A DNA stretch of 64,000 nucleotides from Patescibacteria group bacterium (GTDB taxonomy: Bacteria > Patescibacteriota > Minisyncoccia > Minisyncoccales > UBA5738), in assembly GCA_034678605.1 (NCBI GenBank), contig JAXDBQ010000032.1:40265-104264 (forward strand), read 5' to 3'. The notes beneath the pieces were generated by a model that had not been told where the DNA came from, made no database searches, and saw only the letters and a list, made by a program, of their open reading frames with translations. The position numbers were made by a program, and so were the translations under genes. The stretch's first letter is position 1. Each line of letters opens with the position of its first letter. Below are positions 18,205 through 27,652 of the stretch, piece by piece.

Positions 18205-18414
18205 GGAATGTTCGAATATCGAAATCCGAATGTTCGAAATAAGCACAAATTTTCTCCGCCAAAGGACGGATCCGCCTCCGGCGGAAAATTTAAAATATCA
18301 AAACAAAAATAAGAATTTATTTTGAACTTTTGAAAATTTGAATTTCGATATTGTTTCGATATTTGAGATTCGATATTCGGATTTCCAGTTTAAAACCGCC
18401 GTTATTCGGCGGTT
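18205..18414. repeat. Family-1 composite palindromic element with central ccgccaaaggacggatccgcctccggcggaaaat core
   Basis: Left arm cgaatatcgaaatccgaat, right arm tttcgatattgtttcgatatttgagattcgatattcggattt. Confidence 0.65.
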
Positions 18415-19938
18415 TTAAACTGGTTCGGCGGGTCGATACGCCAGCGCTTCGGAGACATGGTTTAATCGGATTTCCTCGGAACCGTCCAGATCGGCGATGG
18501 TGCGGCTCACTTTCAGCACCCGGTGGTAGCCGCGGGCCGATATTTTAGCCGAATCCACGGCATTTTTGAGCAGCCGCTGGGACGCGTCGTCGGTTTGGCA
18601 GTATTGTTTTATTTGAGCGATGTCCATTTCCGAATTGGTTTGGCCGTTGCCGAAGCGCCGTTGTTGGATTTGCCGGCAAAGCCGCACCTTATCTTTAACT
18701 TGATCGCTGGTGGTTTTGATTTCAACATCGCGGCCGGCTAACTTTTCGTATTTTATCGCCGGAACATTAATGAAAAGATCGATCCGGTCCATCAGCGGCC
18801 CGGAAAGTTTTTTGCGATACATTCGAATTTGCGATTGCGAACAAACGCAGATTTTTTCCGGATTGCCGAAGTTGCCGCACGGGCAAGGATTCGAGGCGAT
18901 TACCAAGGTGAAGCGCGCCGGCAGAGACAGGGTGTTTTTCGCCCGCGCGATATTGATCGCGCCTTCTTCTATCGGTTGGCGCATTGCTTCCAGGGTGTCG
19001 CGATGGAATTCGGGAAATTCGTCCAAAAATAATATTCCCCGATGGGCAAGGGTGATTTCCCCCGGCCGGGGCGGATTGCCGCCGCCGATGAGCGCGGCGT
19101 CGGAGGTGGTGTGGTGCGGGGCGCGAAACGGCCGCCGCGAGATTAAAATTTGGTCGTTGAGCAAGCCGCAAACGCTGTAAATTTTTGTGACCTCCAATGA
19201 TTCTTCGAAAGAAAGTTCGGGCAGGATTGTGGGCAAAGTTTTAGCCAGCAAGGTCTTGCCGGTGCCGGGAGGCCCCCACATCGAAAGATTATGGCCGCCG
19301 CCGGCCACGATTTCAAGCGCCCGCTTTGCCGACTCTTGGCCGGAGATCAATCCCAAATCGTTTCCCCTTTCGTTTTTTTGAGAAATTGGTCGCGAATCGG
19401 CGGTTGCCGGCTCGATGACGATTTTGCCTTCCAAAAAATCAACGGCTTGCTTTAATGTTTCCACGCCGATGGCGCGCACTCCGGCAATCAGGCCGGCTTC
19501 GGCGGCGTTTTCTCGGGGAAGGATAATCTCTTTGATCCCCTTCTGCCGGCAAGCGATCGCGAAACAAACCGCGCCTTTCGCGGGCCGAAGGCGGCCGTCA
19601 AGCGCCAGTTCCCCCAAAAAAATGCGATCGGCCGGATCGAAATTGGTTTTTTTGCTTGCCGCCAGATAACCAAGAGCAATCGGCAGATCATAGAGCGCGC
19701 CTTCTTTTTTAAGATCGGCGGGCGCCAGCGAAACCAGCACTTTTACCGGTTCATGGTGCGGCGGTTTGAATCCGGCGCTTTCGATGGCCGTGCTCACTCT
19801 TTCTTTGGCTTCCTGAACGGCTTTATCGGGCAAGCCGACAATGTCAAACCGCCGCAAACCATAAGAGGCGTCAACTTCGACTTCGATGATTTGGGCATCC
19901 AGGCCGGTGATCGCCGCGGAAAATATTTTGGAAAGCAT
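18415..19938 (-). CDS. comM: YifB/ComM family Mg-chelatase-like AAA+ ATPase
   Basis: 507 aa; N-terminal Lon-like domain, Walker A GPPGTGKT; ChlI-type C-terminus. Confidence 0.9.
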   Translation of the reverse strand: MLSKIFSAAITGLDAQIIEVEVDASYGLRRFDIVGLPDKAVQEAKERVSTAIESAGFKPPHHEPVKVLVSLAPADLKKEGALYDLPIALGYLAASKKTNFDPADRIFLGELALDGRLRPAKGAVCFAIACRQKGIKEIILPRENAAEAGLIAGVRAIGVETLKQAVDFLEGKIVIEPATADSRPISQKNERGNDLGLISGQESAKRALEIVAGGGHNLSMWGPPGTGKTLLAKTLPTILPELSFEESLEVTKIYSVCGLLNDQILISRRPFRAPHHTTSDAALIGGGNPPRPGEITLAHRGILFLDEFPEFHRDTLEAMRQPIEEGAINIARAKNTLSLPARFTLVIASNPCPCGNFGNPEKICVCSQSQIRMYRKKLSGPLMDRIDLFINVPAIKYEKLAGRDVEIKTTSDQVKDKVRLCRQIQQRRFGNGQTNSEMDIAQIKQYCQTDDASQRLLKNAVDSAKISARGYHRVLKVSRTIADLDGSEEIRLNHVSEALAYRPAEPV

Positions 19939-20016
19939 GGAAGCGTAAAGCGTGAAGCGAAAAATACGGCGCCGCGTTTTTGTTTTATGTTTTACGTTTT
20001 TAGTTTCGCGCTTTTT
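19939..20016. repeat. Family-2 repeat (ggaagcgtaaagcgtgaagcgaaaaatacgg ... tttacgtttttagtttcgcg)
   Basis: Direct reading. Confidence 0.55.
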
Positions 20017-20424
20017 TTACTTTTGGCAGTCAACGCAAAACCGAGCTTCGGGAAATATTTCCAGCCTTTGGCGCGGAATATTTTGGCCGCATTTTTCGCA
20101 TTTGCCGTAATCGCCTTTTTCGATTTTAGCAAGGGCCGCGTTGATGGCGGCAAGCTTTTCTTCGTGCTGGCGTTCTTCGGCCAAGCGCGTGGCGTATTCT
20201 TCGACCTCGTCGGCCTGCCGTTCAAGAGAAGCGGTGCCGGAATCGCCATTGCCGTACGGGAACTTGCTTTGCCAGTCCCCCGGGACGCTTTTGTTGGGAA
20301 CCGCGATTTTCGACAGTTCGGATTCGATCGCTTTTCGATCGGCTTCAAGTTTTTTTGAAATCTCTTTAAGATTATTTTCGTTTCGCGTTGTCCTGTTCAT
20401 GTTCTTTTTAAAATTATTAAGCAA
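20017..20424 (-). CDS. DksA/TraR family C4-type zinc-finger protein
   Basis: CEKCGQNIPRQRLEIFPEARFCVDCQ C4 finger after a coiled-coil region. Confidence 0.7.
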   Translation of the reverse strand: MLNNFKKNMNRTTRNENNLKEISKKLEADRKAIESELSKIAVPNKSVPGDWQSKFPYGNGDSGTASLERQADEVEEYATRLAEERQHEEKLAAINAALAKIEKGDYGKCEKCGQNIPRQRLEIFPEARFCVDCQK

Positions 20425-20613
20425 CCATCAAATCCGGCAAAAGATCAATTATTCAACCTTCTTGGTTTTAAAGAAAAATCGCTTTTGGCGGTTAATGTTA
20501 TTTTACATTTTTTTGCCAATTGGCGCAATCGCGCAAACTGGCGCAAACCGGCAATCGCGCTTTGAAGCGCGTATTAAGCGTTTTATCCGGCCGGCGGAAT
20601 GTTTCAAGACGGT

Positions 20614-23583
20614 TCAATTCGGCAATTGATCGAAAAGCTTCACCAAAGAATCGTTTGAAGTTGAAAACGCGAAATATTTTTGTTCGTAAATCGCCCATGC
20701 CAGGGCGAAATTATCGCCGGCCGGCTTGAAGTCGACCGATTTGTATTCGATTCCTTTGGCGGTTTGCGAAATTTCAAATTTTAAAATTTCTTTTTCGTCT
20801 TGGGGCTTACGATCAAGGCGGCTGAAAAAGTAATTCGTGTCGGCAATTGCGGTTTTCTCCCAGGCCGAAAGAGCGGTTTTCAATGTTCCGGGATTGGCGG
20901 CGGCGGCCACGAACCCAAGTCGGTTTTTGCCGTTTTTGGCGTAAATGAAAAGATTGATTTCATCGCCCGTCGAGTTGTAAAAAGCGGCCGGCGGGTTGAT
21001 TTTGTACGCGCTTAAAAATTGCCTCACTCCGATTTTGGCGCCGGTAACCTTGTTTTTTATTTCAACTCCATGATAGCCATCTTCCATTTTTTTGAGCAGA
21101 TTCGGGTACAGCAAATTCGGGATATTGGAAACATCGTCCAGATAAATGGTTATCAATGAAATTGTTGAGACCGGTGATGTGTTTGCCGGCTCGGGTTCTT
21201 TTTCGGCGGGAGTTTTTTTGATCGCGGTTGTTTTTGCCGGCGGTTCGGCCTTTTTGGTCGCCGAGGGGGCGCTGTTTTTGCTCAATATCATCACAAGAAT
21301 AACCCCGAATAGTCCGGCCAAGACCAAAATAACCATCATTCTTGCCAGCAGTTTATTGTCGCCGGATTTTTTTTGAACCGGCAAGGGATCGATTTCGATT
21401 TTTTTGCCATATTCCCTAACGGCGGCCGGGTTTGCCGAGGGGACGGTGGTTTTTTTGATTTGTTGCCATCGATTTTCCAAATTCCGCGCCAATTCCGGCG
21501 GCTGCTCCAAGGATTTAAATTCCGGCGCGGCCGTTTTTTCATTTATTCCGTTTGATATCGTTTCTTTTTTAACATTTTGAGTTTCCGGAGCCGCCGTTGG
21601 TTTTTCTTTGGGCAAATTGAGCCGGTCGAGCGAAGGAATGTTTTTGGTCGGCTGGGATTCGATTTTTTCCCGATAAAAAGCCGAAGCGTCCGATGCCAAA
21701 CTTTTTTTATCGAGCGGTTTTTCTTTCGAAGAATTATTTGCCGCGACCGCCGCCGGAGTTGCTTTTTGGATTTCGTTTTGAATGTTTTTTATCGCAAGAC
21801 CGTCGGTTCCGTCTGTTTTCGCGGCCGTTTTTTGTTGCGGTTCGCTTTTTGCCGTATCGCGCGGTTTCAAAAGATCGTTTGCCATTGGGACATTTTTTTT
21901 GGCTTCAATGGCGGTTTCATGGGTCTCGTTATCTCGCGGTAGCGGATCATTTTTTTTCGCCGTTTCTTTTTTTGTTTGATCGGGAACCGCTTGCTTTACG
22001 GGATCTTCAAGTTCGGACGCGGTTTGCTTTTCTTCGGGTTGAGTTTGGATGATGTCTTTTAGGACATCTTTTTCGTATTTTATTTGATTTTCATCCAAAA
22101 GGCCGCCGATTAGATCGCGGATTTGGCGTACCGGCAAGTTTTCTTTTTCGAGCGCGGCTTCTTTTGTCGCGATTTCATTTTGGACGCGGTCTATTTTCGC
22201 GTCGAGAATGCCGATTTTATTTCGCAATGATTCGCTTTTAGCGGCAATTTCCTTTAGACTTTTTTGATTTTCCCATTTGAGGCGGACGATGGATTTCAAT
22301 TTTTCGCCGATATCCCAGCGCTGCCGTTCGGCGGCTCTTTTTTCGGCGGGATCGGCGGCCGTTTTTTCCATGTTTTCGGCTTTTTCAAGTTCTATGTTTA
22401 TTTCGTTTTCTTCTTTCGCGGCTTTGGCGAGGTCGGCTTCTTTTTCTTTTTGGGAATTTTTTGCCGATTCAAAATCCGGCAGCAGCGCCTCTTTTTCTTC
22501 GATGATTTTTAATATTTCTTCTTCAAGCCGGTTTTTTTCCGCGGCGAAATTCGCGATTTTTTCTTTTCCGCCAATGTCTTTTATTTTTGATTTTATGAAT
22601 TCCGCTTGGCTGTCTTTGGCCATTATTTCGGCAACGATGTTTTCCGTTTCGGCGGCGATCTTGAAAACGCGGTCTTCCACGTCCCAGCGTTGCTTTTCGA
22701 TTTTTTTACGTTGTTCTTCGTTTTCCCATATTTTTTCTTTTACCGTTTTTTCCTGTTCAGTCGGCTGGTTTTCTTTGACCTTTGTTTTTTCCGCCTCGAT
22801 TTTGCTTTCGATTTCTTTTTCCAATTCTTCAATGGCGGCCAATTCGCTTTTTTTTATCATCTCGATCTTGCTTTCCAGCGCGGTCCTTTTTTGTTCCAAA
22901 GGCGCTTTTTGAGCGGGGATTTCCAAAAGCTGTTTTTCAAGATCGCTTTTTTTTTGCTTTAGTTTGGCGGCAAGCTCTTTTAAAATCGCGGGAAGGTCGC
23001 GGTGGGCGTCAACGATAATCTCCGGAGCGGCGGAGTCGAAGGGATTGACGGCAAACGCTTCCTTTTTTTGCCGCGCCAAATCCTGGAGTTTCTTTTTTTC
23101 GCGCTCTTCTTCCAGCAGGATCAACCGTTGGCGCGTTTCTTCCTGGATTCGATTTTTTTCCGCTTCTTGGCGTTTTTTTTCTTCCGCGATCTTTTCTTGC
23201 CGTTTTGTTTCTTTTTTTTGTTCTTCGGCCAAAAGCGCCGCCGCTTCCCGTTTTTTTTGTTCTTCGGCGCGCGCTTGTTCTTCGGCCGCGGTTTTTTCTT
23301 TTTGGGCGGCATCCTTTTCGATGTTTTCAAGCGCTTTTTCCAGGGATCGCGATTTTTCGGCCGCGACGGTTTCTGTTTTTTTTGGCGTTGGCGCGGCGGT
23401 CGTTTTTTGTACGATTGGCGATAGCCCTTTTCGGGCCGGGTTTATTGGAAGCCCCAACGACTCGCGCAGGGAATCGTTTAATCCTTGTATGTCAAAATCA
23501 ACCGCCTCCGGTTTTTCGGAGTCTTTGCTTTTGGCAACCGCCTTTGCCAAAGTTTGGATGGCGTTTTTTTTGAATTTCAGCAT
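20614..23583 (-). CDS. Large membrane protein: N-terminal about 640-aa K/E-rich coiled coil, single TM, about 300-aa C-terminal domain; hypothetical
   Basis: 989-aa uninterrupted ORF; TM MMVILVLAGLFGVILVMIL; plus-strand ORFs over the same DNA are F/S-rich antisense artefacts. Confidence 0.6.
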   Translation of the reverse strand: MLKFKKNAIQTLAKAVAKSKDSEKPEAVDFDIQGLNDSLRESLGLPINPARKGLSPIVQKTTAAPTPKKTETVAAEKSRSLEKALENIEKDAAQKEKTAAEEQARAEEQKKREAAALLAEEQKKETKRQEKIAEEKKRQEAEKNRIQEETRQRLILLEEEREKKKLQDLARQKKEAFAVNPFDSAAPEIIVDAHRDLPAILKELAAKLKQKKSDLEKQLLEIPAQKAPLEQKRTALESKIEMIKKSELAAIEELEKEIESKIEAEKTKVKENQPTEQEKTVKEKIWENEEQRKKIEKQRWDVEDRVFKIAAETENIVAEIMAKDSQAEFIKSKIKDIGGKEKIANFAAEKNRLEEEILKIIEEKEALLPDFESAKNSQKEKEADLAKAAKEENEINIELEKAENMEKTAADPAEKRAAERQRWDIGEKLKSIVRLKWENQKSLKEIAAKSESLRNKIGILDAKIDRVQNEIATKEAALEKENLPVRQIRDLIGGLLDENQIKYEKDVLKDIIQTQPEEKQTASELEDPVKQAVPDQTKKETAKKNDPLPRDNETHETAIEAKKNVPMANDLLKPRDTAKSEPQQKTAAKTDGTDGLAIKNIQNEIQKATPAAVAANNSSKEKPLDKKSLASDASAFYREKIESQPTKNIPSLDRLNLPKEKPTAAPETQNVKKETISNGINEKTAAPEFKSLEQPPELARNLENRWQQIKKTTVPSANPAAVREYGKKIEIDPLPVQKKSGDNKLLARMMVILVLAGLFGVILVMILSKNSAPSATKKAEPPAKTTAIKKTPAEKEPEPANTSPVSTISLITIYLDDVSNIPNLLYPNLLKKMEDGYHGVEIKNKVTGAKIGVRQFLSAYKINPPAAFYNSTGDEINLFIYAKNGKNRLGFVAAAANPGTLKTALSAWEKTAIADTNYFFSRLDRKPQDEKEILKFEISQTAKGIEYKSVDFKPAGDNFALAWAIYEQKYFAFSTSNDSLVKLFDQLPN

Positions 23584-23739
23584 GCTGTTTCACTTATTTT
23601 AGCATATGATTTTTTGCAATAAAAGGTTTTTAATTAAAAATAAAATTGGTCATTTTTGTTCAAGCGTTAAAAACCCCGAAGTCGCCGTTCGGAGTTTTTT
23701 AACGCTTGGCGCCGTCGCCGCGCGGACATTATTGCTTTA

Positions 23740-25845
23740 TCAGTTGTTTTTGATGTCTTTTAAAGACAAATTTATTCGTCCTTGTTGGTCGATTTCCACC
23801 ACTTTCACCGCCACCATATCGCCGATATGGACAACATCTTCCACTTTATTAACGCGCCGGTCGGCCAATTTTGATATATGGATCATGCCTTCCTGTCCGG
23901 GGAGGATTTCCACGAACGCGCCGAAATTCATTATTCGTTTGACTTTGCCCTGGAATATTTCCCCCACTTTTACCTCGCGGGTGATGTTTTGGATCCATTC
24001 CACGGCTTTTTTGCCGGCTTCGGGTTTTTCGGCGGTGACAAAGATTGTGCCGTCTTCTTCGATATCGATTAAAACGCCGGTGTTCTCGATAATTTCGTTG
24101 ATTACTTTTCCTCCGGGCCCGATAACTTCGCGGATTTTTTCCGGGTTTATTTTGATGATGATAATGCGAGGGGCGTAGGGAGATAATTCCGGCCGCGGCG
24201 AACTCAATGTGCCTTCGATCACATCCAATATTTGGTGGCGCGCTTTTTTACCCTGCTCCAAGGCGTCGGCCATCATTTTTTCGGTGATGCCGTCGATTTT
24301 AACATCCATTTGGATGGCATTGATGCCTTTACGGGTGCCGGCCACTTTGAAATCCATATCGCCGTGATGATCTTCGGGGCCTTGAATGTCGGTGAGAATT
24401 TTATAGTTGTTCAATCCTTTCGCGATCATTCCCATTGAAATACCGGTCGCGGGCGCTTTGATGGGCACGCCGGCATCCATAAGCGCCAAGGTCGCGGCCG
24501 ACAAGGCGGCCATCGAAGTTGACCCGTTGGAGGAAACGATTTCGGAAGTTACCCTGATAGTGTAAGGAAAATCCTCCACCGACGGAATAAGCGGCAAAAG
24601 CGTTTTTTCGGCCAGCATTCCGTGTCCGATTTCCCGGCGGCCGGGCGCGCGCAAAAATCGCACTTCCCCGCAGGAATAGGGCGGAAAGTTGTAATGATGC
24701 AAAAATCGTTTCTTGCCGGTGATTTCCATTCCGTCCAGCAGTTGCTGATCGCCGGGCGCGCCCAATGTGGCGGTGGAGAGCGCCTTGGTTTCGCCTCTTT
24801 GAAAAAGACCGGAGCCATGGGTGCGCGGGATGATTGCCACGCGCGCGCTCAACGATCGCAATTGGTCGGTGGTTCGCCCGTCGGGCCGCAAACCGGTCGC
24901 CAGCACCGTTTCGTGCAAGACATTATCGATTTCTTTTTCAAAAAAGTTTTTCGCGAATTTCATTCTTTCCGAATCTTGCGGGTAAGTCAAATTGACGAAT
25001 TCTTCAATTTTTAATTTGGCCGCGTCCATCGCTTCTTGGCGGGCGGTTTTTTCTTTTTGGTACAAGGCGTTTTTTAAATCGCTTCCCAATTGAGCGCGCA
25101 ATTCATTTTCATAATCTTTGCCGAAAGCCGGTTCCTTGAGCGCCATTTTGGTTTTTCCGGCAGTTTTGGCGATTTCCAATTGAAAATCGATCAGTTGCTT
25201 GATATAAGGTTTAGCGAAACGAAACGCGCCCAAAATCATTTCTTCTCGGGCTTCGTCAAATCCCCCTTCGATCATATTGGCGATTACCTCTCCGTCGCGG
25301 ATAATTCCCGCGAAAACCACATCCATGCCGCTTTTCGCTCTTTGTTCGTAGGTTGGGTTTAAAATATAATTACCTTCCAAAAAGCCCACGCGCACCGACG
25401 CGGCCGGTCCGTTCCATGGAATATCCGACACCGTAAGCGAGCAAGAAATGCCAAACATGCTCAAGATGTCGGGCTCGTTTTCGGCGTCCCAAGACAACAC
25501 CGTGGCGATGGTTTGAACTTCGTTTTTGAGCCGATCATCGAAAAGCGGCCGGATTGCCCGGTCGATCTGGCGTGCGTTGCAAACCGCCTCATCGCTCGGG
25601 CGGGTTTCGCGCTTGATAAACCGCGGTCCCTTGATCTTTCCGGCGGCATAGTATTTTTCTTCGTAATCCACCATCAACGGGAAAAATCCCATATCGGGTT
25701 TTTCTTTTTTTGCCATCACCGCGGTGGTGAGCACCATTGTATCGCCATAGCGCACGAGCGCCGATCCGTTGGCTTGTTGGGCCAGTCCATTGATCTCAAC
25801 GGACAATTCTTTGTTCCCGAGCGTTAGGGAAAACTTGTTTTCCAT
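23740..25845 (-). CDS. pnp: Polyribonucleotide nucleotidyltransferase (PNPase)
   Basis: 701 aa; two RNase PH domains, KH and S1 domains (GQEGMIHISKLADRRV...). Confidence 0.95.
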   Translation of the reverse strand: MENKFSLTLGNKELSVEINGLAQQANGSALVRYGDTMVLTTAVMAKKEKPDMGFFPLMVDYEEKYYAAGKIKGPRFIKRETRPSDEAVCNARQIDRAIRPLFDDRLKNEVQTIATVLSWDAENEPDILSMFGISCSLTVSDIPWNGPAASVRVGFLEGNYILNPTYEQRAKSGMDVVFAGIIRDGEVIANMIEGGFDEAREEMILGAFRFAKPYIKQLIDFQLEIAKTAGKTKMALKEPAFGKDYENELRAQLGSDLKNALYQKEKTARQEAMDAAKLKIEEFVNLTYPQDSERMKFAKNFFEKEIDNVLHETVLATGLRPDGRTTDQLRSLSARVAIIPRTHGSGLFQRGETKALSTATLGAPGDQQLLDGMEITGKKRFLHHYNFPPYSCGEVRFLRAPGRREIGHGMLAEKTLLPLIPSVEDFPYTIRVTSEIVSSNGSTSMAALSAATLALMDAGVPIKAPATGISMGMIAKGLNNYKILTDIQGPEDHHGDMDFKVAGTRKGINAIQMDVKIDGITEKMMADALEQGKKARHQILDVIEGTLSSPRPELSPYAPRIIIIKINPEKIREVIGPGGKVINEIIENTGVLIDIEEDGTIFVTAEKPEAGKKAVEWIQNITREVKVGEIFQGKVKRIMNFGAFVEILPGQEGMIHISKLADRRVNKVEDVVHIGDMVAVKVVEIDQQGRINLSLKDIKNN

Positions 25846-26005
25846 GAATTTTTAAAATTCGAATATCGAATTTCGAATATCGAAACAAGGTTCAAATTTT
25901 CAAAATTCAAATGTCAAAAACAAAAACTTGTTTCGAACATTTGATCATTTGAAAATTCTGATTTGTTTCGAATTTCGATATTCGTGCTTCGAATTTGTTT
26001 TAAAA
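25846..26005. repeat. Family-1 palindromic element
   Basis: ttcgaatatcgaatttcgaatatcgaaacaagg ... ttgtttcgaatttcgatattcgtgcttcgaa. Confidence 0.65.
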
Positions 26006-26503
26006 TTATTTGCTCATTAAAAATTTGGCCGGTTCTTTTTCCATGTCGATGAATTCATCGGCGATTTCTTTTAATTTTGACGACGCCGAACGCCCAAAAG
26101 CGATGATTTCCACCCGTTTGCCCTGGTTTTCAAGGTATTCCACCAATTGCTGGAAGTCGCCGTCGCCCGAAGCCAAAACGATCGTGTCCACCGAGGGGCT
26201 GATGCGAATCGCGTCCACGGTGATCCCCACATCCCAATCGGCTTTTTTGAGGCCGTCGAAATATTCCTGCAGGTCGCGGATGCGAGTTTCAATCCCCAGC
26301 TTGACCAGCGCCTCGAAAAAAGGTTTTTCTTCGCCGGTTTTGGTGCGCACCACATAGGCGAACGCCCGAATCAAATTGCGGCGGCCCACGGCGGATTTTA
26401 ACACTTCTCGAAAGTTCACGCGCGCCTGGTAAAGGTTGCGCGCCGAATAATAAAGATTTTGCACGTCGATTAGAACGGCAACTCTTTGAGCGTTTAATTG
26501 CAT
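26006..26503 (-). CDS. NYN/LabA-like domain protein
   Basis: VLIDVQNLYYS ... DVGITVDAI ... LASGDGDFQQLVEYL. Confidence 0.8.
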   Translation of the reverse strand: MQLNAQRVAVLIDVQNLYYSARNLYQARVNFREVLKSAVGRRNLIRAFAYVVRTKTGEEKPFFEALVKLGIETRIRDLQEYFDGLKKADWDVGITVDAIRISPSVDTIVLASGDGDFQQLVEYLENQGKRVEIIAFGRSASSKLKEIADEFIDMEKEPAKFLMSK

Positions 26504-26507
26504 GTTA

Positions 26508-26540
26508 CATTAAGCCAAAACCTCCGCGCGAGCGGAGGCG
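26508..26540 (-). terminator. Rho-independent terminator of rpsO
   Basis: cctccgc-gcga-gcggagg followed on the minus strand by a T-run. Confidence 0.6.
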
Positions 26541-26544
26541 GAAA

Positions 26545-26811
26545 TTATTTTTTCAATCCCAGCTGTTTGGCGATTTGCGCGTATTGGTTCACGTCGGTGT
26601 CGCGCAAATAATTTAAGAATTTGCGGCGCTTGGAAACCATTTTCAGCAGTCCCCTTTTTGAATGGATATCTTTGGCGTGTTTTTTCAAGTGTTTTTGCAG
26701 GCGGTCGATCTCTTCGCTCAGCAAGGCGATTTGCACGTTGGGAGAGCCGGTGTCTTCCTGATGAAGCTTGTATTTTTCGATCAACTTGGCTTTTTCTTCG
26801 GTGGTCAACAT
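26545..26811 (-). CDS. rpsO: 30S ribosomal protein S15
   Basis: 88 aa, LIEKYKLHQEDTGSPNVQIALL...SKRGLLKMVSKRRKFLNYL. Confidence 0.95.
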   Translation of the reverse strand: MLTTEEKAKLIEKYKLHQEDTGSPNVQIALLSEEIDRLQKHLKKHAKDIHSKRGLLKMVSKRRKFLNYLRDTDVNQYAQIAKQLGLKK

Positions 26812-26879
26812 TTTTTTGTATTTTATTATTTTCTGCGGAAAATAAAATTATTGAATTTTTAATTTTGAATTTTGTATTT

Positions 26880-26917
26880 TCTCATTACTCATCAACTCAT
26901 TACTCATCAACTATCCC
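26880..26917. repeat. Family-3 tRNA-associated TCATCAACTCAT tandem motif
   Basis: ctcattactcatcaactcattactcatcaactatccc abutting tRNA-Lys. Confidence 0.6.
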
Positions 26918-26989
26918 AGTGCCCCCAGCAGGATTCGAACCTGCAACGAACTGCTTAAGAGGCAGCTACTCTACCGTTGAGTCATGGGG
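26918..26989 (-). tRNA. tRNA-Lys (anticodon CUU), CCA not encoded
   Basis: GCCCCCATGACTCAACGGTAGAGTAGCTGCCTCTTAAGCAGTTCGTTGCAGGTTCGAATCCTGCTGGGGGCA folds as cloverleaf; loop CTCTTAA. Confidence 0.85.
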
Positions 26990-26998
26990 GCTTCTTTT

Positions 26999-27415
26999 TT
27001 ACGGCCCGGTCGGACAATTCACGCTGTTAAAATCCAACGGGTTATCGACGATGTATCCGGCCCCCTTTAATCCCGTGGTTATTATCGCGAAACTGCCGTA
27101 GATCAACGCCAGCCCGATGATCACCATTAAAATTATTTTTTTGGATTCGGCCAAGACCTCGGAATTGTTTTGGTTGATCAGCATTTTGAAACCGGCGATC
27201 GCGATCACCAATCCGGCGGCCACCGGCACAATCCCCACGATCACCAAAATGATGATATTGTCGATCAATTCGAACAAATGGCATATTCCGCATTGCGGTT
27301 GGCCCGCGCCGCCGCAAGCCGGCAACAATTGCTCGGGGTCTCTTGCCAGCGCTTGGCCGAAAAGCGAAAAAGTCAATAGTGTTCCCAAAATAATCGTTGT
27401 TAATTTTTTTTTCAT
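26999..27415 (-). CDS. Small VirB2/TrbC-like (PF18895-type) pilin
   Basis: 138 aa; signal peptide, CGGAGQPQCGICHLFELIDNIIILVIVGIVPVAAGLVIAIAGF ... SKKIILMVIIGLALIYGSFAIITTGL two-helix module. Confidence 0.6.
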   Translation of the reverse strand: MKKKLTTIILGTLLTFSLFGQALARDPEQLLPACGGAGQPQCGICHLFELIDNIIILVIVGIVPVAAGLVIAIAGFKMLINQNNSEVLAESKKIILMVIIGLALIYGSFAIITTGLKGAGYIVDNPLDFNSVNCPTGP

Positions 27416-27444
27416 TTTGGCGGTCGAAATTTCGAGGCGTCTTG

Positions 27445-27518
27445 GGCGCCTCTGGAGGGAATCGAACCCCCGTCGCCGGTTCCGAAGACCGGCACTTTGT
27501 CCGTTAAGCTACAGAGGC
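27445..27518 (-). tRNA. tRNA-Arg (anticodon UCG), CCA not encoded
   Basis: GCCTCTGTAGCTTAACGGACAAAGTGCCGGTCTTCGGAACCGGCGACGGGGGTTCGATTCCCTCCAGAGGCG; anticodon stem CCGGT/ACCGG, loop CTTCGGA. Confidence 0.8.
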
Positions 27519-27574
27519 CAACGGCCGATAATCACGATCACATTATACCAAAGAATTGAAAAAAAGCAAATATT

Positions 27575-27645
27575 GCGATATAAAAGAAAGCGTAAAGCGT
27601 AAAGTGAAAAGCGCAAAGTGAAAAAATTAAAGCAAGAATAATTAT
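27575..27645. repeat. Family-2 repeat in divergent promoter region (aaagcgtaaagcgtaaagtgaaaagcgcaaagtgaaaaaattaaagc)
   Basis: Direct reading. Confidence 0.6.
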
Positions 27646-27652
27646 ATTTTAA

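Noticed and set aside
20800-23602. Plus-strand ORFs (for example 22277..22912, 22964..23602) opposite the 989-aa gene
   Set aside because: They are F/S/R-rich mirror images of a K/E-rich coiled-coil coding strand and carry no start context.
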